This document shows, in pieces, positions 38,988-49,039 of a stretch of 64,000 nucleotides of DNA (positions within the stretch are counted from its first letter, which is position 1; each line of letters starts with the position of its first letter). This DNA is from Dehalococcoidia bacterium. Its GTDB lineage: Bacteria > Chloroflexota > Dehalococcoidia > Lucifugimonadales > UBA3495. The position numbers were made by a program, and so were the translations under genes. The DNA is taken from assembly GCA_965220625.1 (NCBI GenBank), contig CBDCQN010000003.1:1402764-1466763 (forward strand), written 5' to 3'. The notes below the pieces were generated by a model. That model searched no databases, was not told the origin of the DNA, and was given only the letters and a program-made list of their open reading frames with translations.

Positions 38988-41380
38988 CACCGCTGACCCA
39001 ACAGCCCGGTGCGCCGCTTGGCCCCGGCGAAGGGACGGCGAACGAAGACGCCGACCGCCAGCCTGAAACCTCCGGAACAGCCGCAGCCCAGGCCGGGCCG
39101 CCCAGCCTGCAAGAGCAGATACAGACGCTCCAGACAACCCTCGACGGACTGCGGGGCGAGGTCCGGCGCAATGCCGAGCGTCTCAGAGTCTTGGAGCGGA
39201 TGTTCGGGGTACCCGACGGCCTTCCGGCGCCACAGCAACCAGCCCAACCCCAGCCAACGGCATCCCAACCTGCTGCCACTCAAGCAGCGGGCCAGCCGGT
39301 AACCACCTCGGAGGCCCTACCGGCGGTCCAGCACGTCGTAACCGCCGCGACCCCGCCGCTTGCACCGGCCTCCCAGCAGGCCGCGTCCGGCTGGGCCGGG
39401 CCGACTGGTCCGTGGCAGCGGGTCCAGAGTCTGGACTGGGAATGGCTGTTCGGCGGGAACTGGCTGGCTAGAATCGGGGTTGTGGCCCTGATTGTCGGCG
39501 TGGGTTTCTTCCTCAAGCTGGCCTTCGACAATCAATGGATCGGCGAAATCGGCCGTGTGGTCCTGGGTATCATCGGTGGTCTGGCGCTCTTGGGACTCGG
39601 GGAGTTCTGGCGGCGGCGATACCCCGTTTTGGCCCAACCCGTTACCGGAGGCGGCCTGGCGATACTCTACCTCGCCGTCTACGCGGCCTTCTCCCTATAC
39701 GAATTGATTCCGCCCCTGCCGGCCCTTGGGTTCTTCTTCCTGGTTACGCTTGCCGCAGCGGGACTTGCCCTGCGCTACGAAGCCGTGGCCATAGCCGTCA
39801 TCGGCATTCTCTCCGGATTCGCGACGCCGTTACTGATGGCCGACCAACAACTCTCTGACCAGCGGGTGCTGTTGCCCTACGTCCTGGTCTTGGACTTGGG
39901 GGTGCTGGCCTTGGCCACCTTCCGCAACTGGCGTTGGTTCACCCTGCTGGGCCTCATCGGGTCGCTGCTGCTGTTCCAGTTCTGGCGGGAGGAGTTGGAC
40001 CCCGGCCTTCTGTTGGCTGAGGTGGGTCTAACCGTTATCTTCCTGATTTTCGTCGGGTCAACAACGCTGTTCCATCTGCTCTGGCGGCGGACGCCCGGCA
40101 GATTCGACCAATCGCTGGTGATGCTCAACGGGATGGCCTATTTCCTGTGGAGCCTCGATGTGATGTCCGACGATTTGGGAGAGTGGATGGGCGGATTCGC
40201 CGTTATCCTTGCCCTGTTCTACGGCCTTCTGGGATACGGCATCTTGCTTCGGCACCGGGAGCAGGTACTCCATTCGCTGTTTGCCATCGGTTTGGCTCTT
40301 GTGTTCCTTACGGTTGCGGTGCCCCTCCAACTCGACGGCCCGTGGGTGGGTGTCGCCTGGGCAGTCGAGGGGACTGTGCTGATTTGGGTCTCCAACCTTG
40401 TTGGAATTTCACAATTCCGCCTGTTCGCCGCAGGGGCCTTCGCCGTACTGATCGTCCGGGTGCTGATTATCGACTCCATGCAGGTTTTTGACGAAGCCGG
40501 TCTTCGGCCCTTCCTGAACTATTACACCGTCACCTACGCGGCAGCCATCGCGTCCTGCTACGTTGGCGCCTACTTATTGTACCGGGAGGGCATGCACCGG
40601 CGAGGGCCGGAAGAGGACCGGCCGGCACTGGAATCCTTGCAGTCGTTCCTGTTCCCGGTCCTTTTGGTGGCGGGGACTGTCATCCTGACCGTCGGCATAC
40701 CGGGGCAGTCCAACGGGGTTTGGACTTCTATAACCTGGGCTGTGGAGGGTGTGGCCCTGATAGGACTGTCGTTGAGGCTGGGCCTGGTCGAACTGAGGTT
40801 ATTCGGCCTCGGAGTTTTAGCCGTTACGGTGGTCCGGTTGCTGGCGTTCGATACCTTCGATGTCGATTACATGCTTTTCCGGCCTATCATCAATGAACGG
40901 TTCTTGGCCTTTGCGGTGGGTATTGCCGCGTTTTACCTGTCCGCGTACGCCCTCTGGCGATTGCCGCAAAGGCACGTCGACCCGCGGGAGCGGTTCTTGG
41001 CCCCGGTCATGCTGATCGCCGCTAGTTTCCTCACCTTGTGGGTCCTGAGCGCGGAGGTAATCGCCTCGGTCGACAGCAACTATTTCGACGTTCCAGCCCG
41101 AATAGCGGACAACGTCATCAGCTTGTCCATCAGCATTCTCTGGGCCGTCTATGCCGGCGTTCTTCTGGTGGCCGGCATCAGATTGCGAAACCGCTGGGTG
41201 AGACTGGCCGGACTGGGCCTGCTGGCCATTCCCATTATCAAGCTTTTCGTATTCGACACCTTCGATCTGGAGAGGGAATACCGAGTGGCGGCTTACCTCG
41301 GGTTGGGAGCCATACTGGTGGTTGGCGGTTTTCTCTACCAGCGCTACAGCCGGGTCATCCGGGGGTTCCTTCTTGAGTAA
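38924..41380 (+). CDS. DUF2339 multi-TM membrane protein with N-terminal zinc ribbon
   Basis: CxxC...CxxC, WEWLFGGNWLARIGVVALIVGVGFFLK, GFATP, KLFVFDT...YRVAAY; TTG 38924. Confidence 0.88.
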   Translation: MNCANCGNETSQDDRFCSECGTPLTQQPGAPLGPGEGTANEDADRQPETSGTAAAQAGPPSLQEQIQTLQTTLDGLRGEVRRNAERLRVLERMFGVPDGLPAPQQPAQPQPTASQPAATQAAGQPVTTSEALPAVQHVVTAATPPLAPASQQAASGWAGPTGPWQRVQSLDWEWLFGGNWLARIGVVALIVGVGFFLKLAFDNQWIGEIGRVVLGIIGGLALLGLGEFWRRRYPVLAQPVTGGGLAILYLAVYAAFSLYELIPPLPALGFFFLVTLAAAGLALRYEAVAIAVIGILSGFATPLLMADQQLSDQRVLLPYVLVLDLGVLALATFRNWRWFTLLGLIGSLLLFQFWREELDPGLLLAEVGLTVIFLIFVGSTTLFHLLWRRTPGRFDQSLVMLNGMAYFLWSLDVMSDDLGEWMGGFAVILALFYGLLGYGILLRHREQVLHSLFAIGLALVFLTVAVPLQLDGPWVGVAWAVEGTVLIWVSNLVGISQFRLFAAGAFAVLIVRVLIIDSMQVFDEAGLRPFLNYYTVTYAAAIASCYVGAYLLYREGMHRRGPEEDRPALESLQSFLFPVLLVAGTVILTVGIPGQSNGVWTSITWAVEGVALIGLSLRLGLVELRLFGLGVLAVTVVRLLAFDTFDVDYMLFRPIINERFLAFAVGIAAFYLSAYALWRLPQRHVDPRERFLAPVMLIAASFLTLWVLSAEVIASVDSNYFDVPARIADNVISLSISILWAVYAGVLLVAGIRLRNRWVRLAGLGLLAIPIIKLFVFDTFDLEREYRVAAYLGLGAILVVGGFLYQRYSRVIRGFLLE

Positions 41381-42689
41381 AGTCCGAAGGTTGCTTCTAT
41401 GGGCCTTCATACCGGCGGCGCTGGGGACGCTTCTGCTTTCTGTTGCCCGTGCGGACTTTGCCCTTGAGGACTGGCTTTATTTCAAGGCCATTCAGACCTC
41501 TGCTGCGCTGGACGGAGAGGAATTGGCGGAGCTGGCTTTGGACCGGGAGGTTTTCCAACAATCGGCTTCCGGACAGCGCGACTTGAGAGTTGTCGCCGGA
41601 GACGAGACCGGAGAGGTGGCCTATCAGCTTGTGACCGAGACCGGCCGCCGAGAGCGGACGATGGTGGGAGGAAAGGTGCGGGATTTGTCCCATGTCCCCA
41701 ACCGGCATTCCAGCTTCGTAGTAGACTTGGCGCAAGCGGGTATACTGCACAACCAGGTAGAGGTTTTGACTAGCTCCCAGAACTTCCAAAGAAACGTGGC
41801 AGTCGAAGCCAGCCCCGATGGGCAGTCTTGGTCGCTGGTGCAGGAAAGCAGCCAAATCTTCGACTTCACCGTCGAGGAGCGGGGCTTCACCGCCAAACAC
41901 ACGCGTATTTCCTACCCGGAGAGCAGCCACCGCTACCTCCGCGTTAGCGTGATCAACAACGATGAGGCTCCTTTGGCGATTACCGGCGCGGCGGTCTCTT
42001 CGGTGCGTGAGTCACCCGCATCCGAAACCCGATATCCCGGGTCCATCATTGGGCGTTCGGAGGACCGTGAGGCGCTTACCAGCATTATGGAAATGGACCT
42101 GGGCGGCGAAGGGCTCCCTATCAACCGGTTAATTCTTCACACTTCCGCAGTCAATTTCCATCGGGATGTCTCGGTTATGGGGAGTAACGACCTGGAGACA
42201 TGGAGCACTCTGGCGAGCGGCGTTGCGGTCTACTCCTTTCAGACCCCCAAGTTCGTTGGAGACAGTCTGGAAGTGGCGTTTCCCGAGAGCGCCCACCGGT
42301 ACTTCCGCTTGGTCATTCAAAACCGGGACGACCCGCCTTTAACCGTGGACGAGATGGCTTTCAGCGGGATCGACCGGAAAGTGCTGTTCTTGGCCCAGCC
42401 GGGGACATCCTACGTCCTGTACTACGGCAACGAGGCCGCCCGGGCGCCCTCTTACGATTTAGCGCGCCTCCTGCCCTATCTGGACACCGAGAGCCCTGCG
42501 GCCGCAACCCTTGGCCCGCACCAGGCGAACCCCGAGTACGCCGGGCCGCAGCCTCCGGCCAGCGAGCAATACCCGTGGCTTATCACAGTGGCGGTGGCAG
42601 CGGCAGCCGTGGTTGTTGCCGCTATCCTGTTCGGCGTCTTCCGGCAGGTCCGCAAGGCGTTGCCGCCGCCGGACCCGGCGGAGCAGTAG
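41373..42689 (+). CDS. DUF3999-like exported protein with C-terminal TM
   Basis: DLRVV, LYYGNEAARAPSYDL, ANPEY, PWLITVAVA; overlaps the DUF2339 stop, the usual pairing. Confidence 0.8.
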   Translation: MSKVRRLLLWAFIPAALGTLLLSVARADFALEDWLYFKAIQTSAALDGEELAELALDREVFQQSASGQRDLRVVAGDETGEVAYQLVTETGRRERTMVGGKVRDLSHVPNRHSSFVVDLAQAGILHNQVEVLTSSQNFQRNVAVEASPDGQSWSLVQESSQIFDFTVEERGFTAKHTRISYPESSHRYLRVSVINNDEAPLAITGAAVSSVRESPASETRYPGSIIGRSEDREALTSIMEMDLGGEGLPINRLILHTSAVNFHRDVSVMGSNDLETWSTLASGVAVYSFQTPKFVGDSLEVAFPESAHRYFRLVIQNRDDPPLTVDEMAFSGIDRKVLFLAQPGTSYVLYYGNEAARAPSYDLARLLPYLDTESPAAATLGPHQANPEYAGPQPPASEQYPWLITVAVAAAAVVVAAILFGVFRQVRKALPPPDPAEQ

Positions 42690-42694
42690 GTCTC

Positions 42695-43399
42695 ATGCGA
42701 TTCGGCAAGCCGGTCGAGGTCGCCGATGGCCTATTCCAAGTCCGGGCCTTGGGCGCGAGGGTCACCGTCGTCGTCGAGGACCAGGAAGTCCTCTTGGTGG
42801 ATGCCGGTGCGAGGGGCAGCTTGGCCGCGATCCAGGATGGCCTGAAGGCGTTGCGCCTGTCTGTCGATCAAGTAGCCCGGGTGGCGGTTACTCACCACCA
42901 CCCGGACCACGCGGGCGGTCTCGGCGAGTTAGTCGACGGCAGGGATATTGCGGTGGCCGCCCACTCCAGCGAGGCCGCGATCATCGAAGGGCGGGAACGC
43001 GCGCCCAACCCGCTCCGACACAAACTGCTGGCCGCAGTCGCCCAGCCCCTGATCTCCCGCATGTCGGGCCAACCCGTTCCGGTGGATGAGACCCTGAGCG
43101 ATTACGACACCGTTCCTTTTGGGGCGGAGGTGCGAGTCGTCCATTTACCGGGGCACACCGCCGGCAGTATCGCCTTCTACCTGCCCGCCAAGAAGGCCGT
43201 CATCATTGGCGACGCCCTCCAGTATAAATTCGGACGGAAGCTCGGCCCACCGGCGCCGGGAGTGACCTGGCAGCCCGACCAAGCGTTGAAATCCCTGGAA
43301 AGGCTGCTTGATCTGGACTTCGATATAATCTGCTTTAGTCATTTCCCTCCGGTGAAAGGCGGCGGACGCGAGGCCTTGCGGAGGTTTCTCAACCAGTAG
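42695..43399 (+). CDS. MBL-fold metallo-hydrolase
   Basis: LVDAG, THHHPDHAGG, PGHTAG, IGDAL, CFSHF. Confidence 0.9.
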   Translation: MRFGKPVEVADGLFQVRALGARVTVVVEDQEVLLVDAGARGSLAAIQDGLKALRLSVDQVARVAVTHHHPDHAGGLGELVDGRDIAVAAHSSEAAIIEGRERAPNPLRHKLLAAVAQPLISRMSGQPVPVDETLSDYDTVPFGAEVRVVHLPGHTAGSIAFYLPAKKAVIIGDALQYKFGRKLGPPAPGVTWQPDQALKSLERLLDLDFDIICFSHFPPVKGGGREALRRFLNQ

Positions 43400-43438
43400 T
43401 ATGGCGATTCAACGTATGCCGGATTCCAGAGAACGGGG

Positions 43439-45952
43439 ATGACGCCGATGCAATCTACGAAGAATGGCGGGCCTATGGGAACGACCCTGGCCGATTTTCT
43501 GCGCGACGCGAAGGACAAGAACCGGTCTCGCGACGCGCTGCTGTTCAAGCCGGGTCTCCGATATCAACGCTGGACATACCAACGGCTGTGGGACGAGTCC
43601 GGCCAGGTCGCCGCGTTGCTGCAGGCCAAAGGCCTGGCCAAGGGTGACCAGGTGGTCCTCTGGGGGCCCAACTGCCCGCAATGGGTACTGGCCTTCTTCG
43701 GTTGCATCAGGGCCGGAATTGTAGTGGTGCCCCTCGACCTACGGAGCGCCCCCGACTACGTCGAACGGGTGCTTTCCCGAATTACACCCAAGCTGGCGTT
43801 CACCTCCCGCCTCACCCCCAAGGGCGGCTTGGACCTCGGTGTGCCGGAAATCACCTTCGAGGAATTGGAGTCCGCCATCGTCGACCTTCCCGAGCCGCAT
43901 CCCGTGGTGATCGAACCCCAGGACCTGGCCGAGATAATGTTCACCTCGGGCACCACCGGCGACCCCAAGGGAGTGATGCTCACCCACCGCAATCTGACGG
44001 CCAACATCGAGGGGGTATCCGAATACATCGTCTGCGAAAACTCCAGCCGGTTGATGTCGATTCTGCCATTGAGCCATATGTACGAGCAGATGGGCGGGCT
44101 GTTCCTGGTGCTGCGCTCCGGGGCCAGCGTAACCTACCCCACCAGCCGCCAACCAACCGTCCTCGCCCGCACAATGCGTGAGCGCAGGATCACAACCCTG
44201 CTGCTGGTGCCCCAGGGCCTGGAACTGTTGATGAGCGGGATAGAGCGAGAGATAGCGAGGCAGGGGAAGGCGGCCCTGTGGTCGAAGCTCCTCAAGATAG
44301 CCGAGAAGACCCCCTTCCGCCTGCGGCGTTTGCTGTTCCGGAGGGTCCATAAGCAGTTTGGCGGCAAGCTCGACTTCGTGGTGTCCGGCGGCGCGGCCCT
44401 CGACCCCGACCTGGGCAGGAAGTGGGAGCTGCTGGGTGTCAAGATAATCCAGGGTTACGGCGCAACCGAGGCCTCCCCGGTTATCAGCAATCACACGCTG
44501 GAAGAGCGCCGCCCGGATTCCACCGGCCGACCGTTGCCCAACGTCGAAGTGAGAATCGCCGGCGACGGAGAAATCCAGGCGAGGGGGGAAAGTATTACCC
44601 CAGGCTACTGGAACGCTCCCGAGGAAACGGCAGCCGCCTTTGACGGCGATTGGTACAAGACCGGTGACCTTGGGTTCTTCGATGACGATGGATTCCTGCA
44701 CATTCAAGGCCGCAAGAAGGACATGATCGTTCTGTCCAGCGGCCAGAACGTGTTCCCCGATGACGTCCAGGCCGTGTTGAACCGCCACCCGGCCGTCACA
44801 GACTCGGCGGTGGTGGGCCTGGCCAGCGGCGGCGGCGTCGAAGTGCACGCAGTTCTGGTAACGGAAGACGACAACGCGGCGCGGGAGGCCGTTGCTTGGG
44901 CCAACGGTCAATTGGCCGAATTCCAGAGGGTCAGAGGATTCACTATCTGGCCCGAGGAAGACTTTCCCCGCACCCACACTCTCAAGATCAAGAAGCAGGT
45001 CGTGATCGACGCGATTCGGAGCGACGGCCCGGCGGAGCGTCCCGCCGCAGCCCCGGCCAACGGGGCCGCGCCAGCAGGCCAACGAGGACTGCTGCAAATC
45101 ATCGGAGAGGTGGCCCGGACCGACGCGTCGGGAATCGAGGGCGGGATGGCCCTTGGCGACGACCTGGCCTTGGACTCCTTGGGGAGAATTGAGTTGCTTT
45201 CGGCCATCGAAAGCGACCTGGGAGTGTATCTGGACGAAAGCTTGGTGGGGCCGGGGACCACTGTCGAACAACTAAACGGGCTGGTCGAGGAGGGAGCCAG
45301 AAATCCGGCGGTAATGGCGTTCCCCAACTGGGGCCGGCACTGGTGGTGCCGGATGGTGCGCGGGTTCCTCCAACGCTCCTTCATCTTCCCGGCCGTCAGT
45401 TGGCCGTACGGCCTGAAAGTGACCGGCCGGGAGAACCTGGCAGGTATCGATGCCCCGGTGTTGTTCGTCTCCAATCACCACTTGGGATTGGACAACCCTT
45501 TGATCATCAAGGCAGTCCCGCCTGGGCATCGCCGCCGCATGGCGATCGCCGGGGCCGCCAATCTCTGGAAGAACCCCGTCTGGTGGGTTATCAACCCGTT
45601 ACTGGCCAACGCCTTCCCGGTGGCCAAGGAGGGCGCGGTCCGGCCCAGCCTGGAAAACATGGGGAAGATTATCGACGACGGCTGGTCGGTGCTGATTTAC
45701 CCCGAGGGCGGCCTGACCGTGGGCGGACCGGTGCAGCCCTTTATGAACGGCATAGGCCTGGTGGCGGTGGAAACACGAGTCCCGGTGGTGCCGATGCGCC
45801 TCCACATAGACAACGCCGGTTATCCCGCCAAGTTCCCGGCGCTCAGACGCGGCCGGATCGAGATTCGCATCGGCAAGCCCTTGGAATTCTCATCGTCTGC
45901 CGATTACCAAGAAGCAACGCTGGACATCGAGAACGCCGTCAGGTCGTTGTGA
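43439..45952 (+). CDS. Acyl-CoA synthetase / acyl carrier / PlsC-type acyltransferase fusion
   Basis: FTSGTTGDPKG, QGYGATE, WYKTGDLG; LALDSLGRIEL; SNHHLGLD and YPEG. Confidence 0.9.
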   Translation: MTPMQSTKNGGPMGTTLADFLRDAKDKNRSRDALLFKPGLRYQRWTYQRLWDESGQVAALLQAKGLAKGDQVVLWGPNCPQWVLAFFGCIRAGIVVVPLDLRSAPDYVERVLSRITPKLAFTSRLTPKGGLDLGVPEITFEELESAIVDLPEPHPVVIEPQDLAEIMFTSGTTGDPKGVMLTHRNLTANIEGVSEYIVCENSSRLMSILPLSHMYEQMGGLFLVLRSGASVTYPTSRQPTVLARTMRERRITTLLLVPQGLELLMSGIEREIARQGKAALWSKLLKIAEKTPFRLRRLLFRRVHKQFGGKLDFVVSGGAALDPDLGRKWELLGVKIIQGYGATEASPVISNHTLEERRPDSTGRPLPNVEVRIAGDGEIQARGESITPGYWNAPEETAAAFDGDWYKTGDLGFFDDDGFLHIQGRKKDMIVLSSGQNVFPDDVQAVLNRHPAVTDSAVVGLASGGGVEVHAVLVTEDDNAAREAVAWANGQLAEFQRVRGFTIWPEEDFPRTHTLKIKKQVVIDAIRSDGPAERPAAAPANGAAPAGQRGLLQIIGEVARTDASGIEGGMALGDDLALDSLGRIELLSAIESDLGVYLDESLVGPGTTVEQLNGLVEEGARNPAVMAFPNWGRHWWCRMVRGFLQRSFIFPAVSWPYGLKVTGRENLAGIDAPVLFVSNHHLGLDNPLIIKAVPPGHRRRMAIAGAANLWKNPVWWVINPLLANAFPVAKEGAVRPSLENMGKIIDDGWSVLIYPEGGLTVGGPVQPFMNGIGLVAVETRVPVVPMRLHIDNAGYPAKFPALRRGRIEIRIGKPLEFSSSADYQEATLDIENAVRSL

Positions 45953-46059
45953 CCGGGCGCCATCGTAATCTTGCGACGAGACCGGTTGCCAAGGGACGCC
46001 TTCCCGCTCCAAGTCTGCGTTGGCGCCTCAGGAAGAGATCAGTCCCTCTTGGGGCTGTG

Positions 46060-46490
46060 TCAAGGTAGATTGTAGACAAACGCAATCTGCGGGGCGCGTG
46101 GTATCGGCATCTCTGCAAAGGGCACGTCGATAACCACCGGTGCCTGGCGTTCCAGCGCAAGGGGGATCAGCTTTTCCAGGTCCGTGGGGTCGTCTGCCCT
46201 CATGCCGACTGCGCGAATTTAACGAAGTCCGGATTGTGCAGGTCGGTCCCGTAAGCTCCTTCGAACATGTCGTTCAGGTCGCGGGCAACGTTCCCGTAGG
46301 AGTCGTTTCTGAAGACGACTGTCACCACATTGATCCCGTATTTGACGGCGGTCGAAAGCTCAGATGCGTTGAACATGAACCCGCCGTCTCCGGACATGCA
46401 AATCACGGGACGGTCGGGCTGTGCGACCTTCACGCCCAAGGCAGTCGGGAACGCGTAGCCGAGGTTGAACGAGTAGCCGAATGCCCGTTT
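46060..46490 (-). pseudogene. TPP-dependent enzyme C-terminal fragment, frameshifted near 46212
   Basis: GYSFNLGYAFPTALGVK, SGDGGFMFNASEL, NDSYG, PDFVKF / VGMRADDP...PVVIDVP*. Confidence 0.82.
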
Positions 46491-46663
46491 GTAGGGCCAC
46501 GTCGTCTTACTACTCTCGTAAGGTGGCCGGGGTGCAACCCCACCAGGACCGCTCGTTCGTCTGCGAAGGCAAAGGCGCGTTTCGCTGGGACTGGAGTCCA
46601 GGCTATCCCCATGTACAAATCGGCGACCGTCCGAGGTCTGACTTCGCCAAAGTGCCCGTCTCT

Positions 46664-47035
46664 CTAAACTTCTACGACGATCTCAGTGGGGGTGTTTCGG
46701 GCGACAATGATTTCCAGGGCTTCATCGCCGTCGTTTACCGGCTGGTGCACCGCCTCGGCGGGCACGTAAATAAAATCGCCGGGCCCGATGGAGAGAGGCT
46801 GGTCCAGGTTGTTTCCGACGATGAACCGGCCATGGCCCTTCACCACGTAGATGGCCGATTCGCAATTGACGTGGTAGTGGGGGCTGGAAGCGCAGTGAGG
46901 CGGGATCGTGGCGACCGCCAAGTGAATCCCGGTGGACCCCACCAAATTCTCCGACACGCCCGCCAAACGGGTCATCGCTCCGGACTGTATCTCCACCTCC
47001 AGGCCATCGGGGTGGACCACCCGGCATTCCGTCAT
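46664..47035 (-). CDS. Cupin domain protein
   Basis: PHYHVNCESAIYVVKG, PGDFIYVPAEAVHQPVN. Confidence 0.9.
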   Translation of the reverse strand: MTECRVVHPDGLEVEIQSGAMTRLAGVSENLVGSTGIHLAVATIPPHCASSPHYHVNCESAIYVVKGHGRFIVGNNLDQPLSIGPGDFIYVPAEAVHQPVNDGDEALEIIVARNTPTEIVVEV

Positions 47036-47045
47036 GTTGGACCTC

Positions 47046-48212
47046 CTAGATGCTGCGTACGAAACGGTCCAACTGGTCGATGGCCCGCTTGATGTTTTCT
47101 CGGGAGTTGGCGTAGGAGAGGCGCACGTACCCCTCGCCGTACTCGCCGAAGGCGCTCCCGGACAGCAGAGCGACTCCAGCTTCGGCCATGGCCCGCTCCT
47201 CGAATTCCCGGCTGGTGAGCCCGGTGCCGTGAATGCTTGGAAAGGCGTAGAAAGCGCCCTCCGGCTCGGGGCAGTTGATACCGGGGATGCTGCGCAGGCC
47301 GTCGGTGATCAACCGCCGCCGCGCCTCGAACTCGGCTACCATCGCCACCACTTGGTCTCGCGGCCCTTCCAGGGCGGCGATGCCAGCTTTCTGGGTGAAC
47401 GTGGCGGCGCAGGAAACACTGTTGACCGCCAGCTTCACCACATGGGGCACAAGGTCTTCCGGCATTATCCCGTAGCCCAACCGCCAGCCGGTCATGGCGT
47501 AGCTTTTGGAAAAGCCGTCCAGAATAATCGTCCGCTCTTCCATGTCGGGAAGAGAAGCGATGCTGTAGTGCTCGCCGGTATACAGGATATCCTTGTAAAT
47601 CTCGTCGGCTAACACGTAGAGACCCGGGTGCTCTTTAACTATCCCGGCGATACGCACCATCTCTTCCCGGGAGAGAGCCGAACCGCAGGGGTTTTCCGGG
47701 GAGTTGAGGATGATGAGCCGGGTCTTGTCAGTGATTTGGGCAGCCAGGGTGTCCAGGTCCGGGTGGTAGTTTTTCTCCTCGATCAGCCGCATGGGCACCG
47801 GTGTGCAGCCAGTGAAACGGATCATCGACTCGTAAATCGGGAAGCCCGGGTTGGGGTAGATTACCTCGACGCCGGGCTCGCCCAAGGCCAGCAGCACGTA
47901 GAACATGATTGGCTTGGCGCCCGGAGTCACCACCACGTTGGCCGGGTCAGTGTTGATGCCCCGCACCTCGCGGCTGTTGCGGGCGATGGCCTCCCGCAAT
48001 TCGGGGAGCCCTGCGGTGGGGCCGTAGTGGGTGAACCCGTCGCTGATGGCCTGCATCCCCGCCTCGATGACGTGACGGGGAGTGTCGAAGTCGGGCTCGC
48101 CGATCTCCATGTGAATAATCTCTTTGCCTTGGGCTTCGAGGGCCCGAGCCCGGGCCAGCACCTCAAAGGCGCTCTCGGTGCCGAGGTCGTGCATACGGGC
48201 GGCGACGTTCAT
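47046..48212 (-). CDS. PLP-dependent class I/II aminotransferase (aspartate aminotransferase-like)
   Basis: IGEPDF, NSPENPCG, ADEIY, SKSYAMTGWRLG, GEGYVRLSY. Confidence 0.93.
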   Translation of the reverse strand: MNVAARMHDLGTESAFEVLARARALEAQGKEIIHMEIGEPDFDTPRHVIEAGMQAISDGFTHYGPTAGLPELREAIARNSREVRGINTDPANVVVTPGAKPIMFYVLLALGEPGVEVIYPNPGFPIYESMIRFTGCTPVPMRLIEEKNYHPDLDTLAAQITDKTRLIILNSPENPCGSALSREEMVRIAGIVKEHPGLYVLADEIYKDILYTGEHYSIASLPDMEERTIILDGFSKSYAMTGWRLGYGIMPEDLVPHVVKLAVNSVSCAATFTQKAGIAALEGPRDQVVAMVAEFEARRRLITDGLRSIPGINCPEPEGAFYAFPSIHGTGLTSREFEERAMAEAGVALLSGSAFGEYGEGYVRLSYANSRENIKRAIDQLDRFVRSI

Positions 48213-49039
48213 AGGTCCTCCTGCGGTGCTTCACGGGAGTCGCGGCGCGGCGGTATTTTGGATTGCGCCAACGAGACAATCCGATTGGCGTGGTCCAACG
48301 CTGCCCGAGCTTCTGCCGGTTCCCTGTCCTGGAAAAAGAAGCCGTTGCCTTCTGTTGCATAGCGAGTGTCAATGTAGTAAGCGGTCAACACTCCGGCGGC
48401 TTCGGTGCAGCTGTCGAAGTCAGGGGCTTCCCGGACGCACTGAGCGGCAAGGCTCTGCAGCGAGTGGGTGTAATCCAACGGTACTCCCCGAAAGAGCAAA
48501 AAAGCTTTCAATGCGATTTCGGCCGCCTGCTGGCAATGGAAACATATTCCCGATGCGAAATCATCGGCGCTTGGCATCAACGCTTCGGCAATCTTCAGTT
48601 GATTCTGGGCACGCTCCATCCATACCTGGCCGTTTCTTAAACGTGATTCCATGGTTGGTTCCTTGATACGGGAACGCAGATTGCCCGCCGAGGCGGACGG
48701 GTCGCGGTTGTAGACCACTACCCCGTCAGTAAACGCCGCAGCGACGAATGGGCTTCGGGCCTCAAGACTCCGCTCGAGTTCAGCGGGCGTGTAGACAAAA
48801 ATGTCTACGTCGACTCCTAACATTGACGGCACATGGGCCCGGCATTCAATCATGCGTTCTCGACGAGGGACGTCGGTTTCCTTTACGACGATCAGATCGA
48901 TATCGCTGAATTCGCCCGCGTCACCCCGGGCCAAGGACCCGTACAGGATAATCTGCTCCGGCTCGTAGCCTCTGAGGGCGTCAACAACCTCATCCAAGAC
49001 AGCGGTTAGACGCGGGGTCTCCGAAGACCGAAGCATCAT
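48209..49039 (-). CDS. Minimal nucleotidyltransferase-HEPN fusion protein
   Basis: LYGSLARG...SDIDL followed by CFHCQQAAEIALKA...THSL...YIDTRY. Confidence 0.87.
   Translation of the reverse strand: MMLRSSETPRLTAVLDEVVDALRGYEPEQIILYGSLARGDAGEFSDIDLIVVKETDVPRRERMIECRAHVPSMLGVDVDIFVYTPAELERSLEARSPFVAAAFTDGVVVYNRDPSASAGNLRSRIKEPTMESRLRNGQVWMERAQNQLKIAEALMPSADDFASGICFHCQQAAEIALKAFLLFRGVPLDYTHSLQSLAAQCVREAPDFDSCTEAAGVLTAYYIDTRYATEGNGFFFQDREPAEARAALDHANRIVSLAQSKIPPRRDSREAPQEDL

Noticed and set aside
42200-42694. N-terminal extension of the MBL ORF
   Set aside because: It lies within DUF3999 in another frame; ATG 42695 fits the family.
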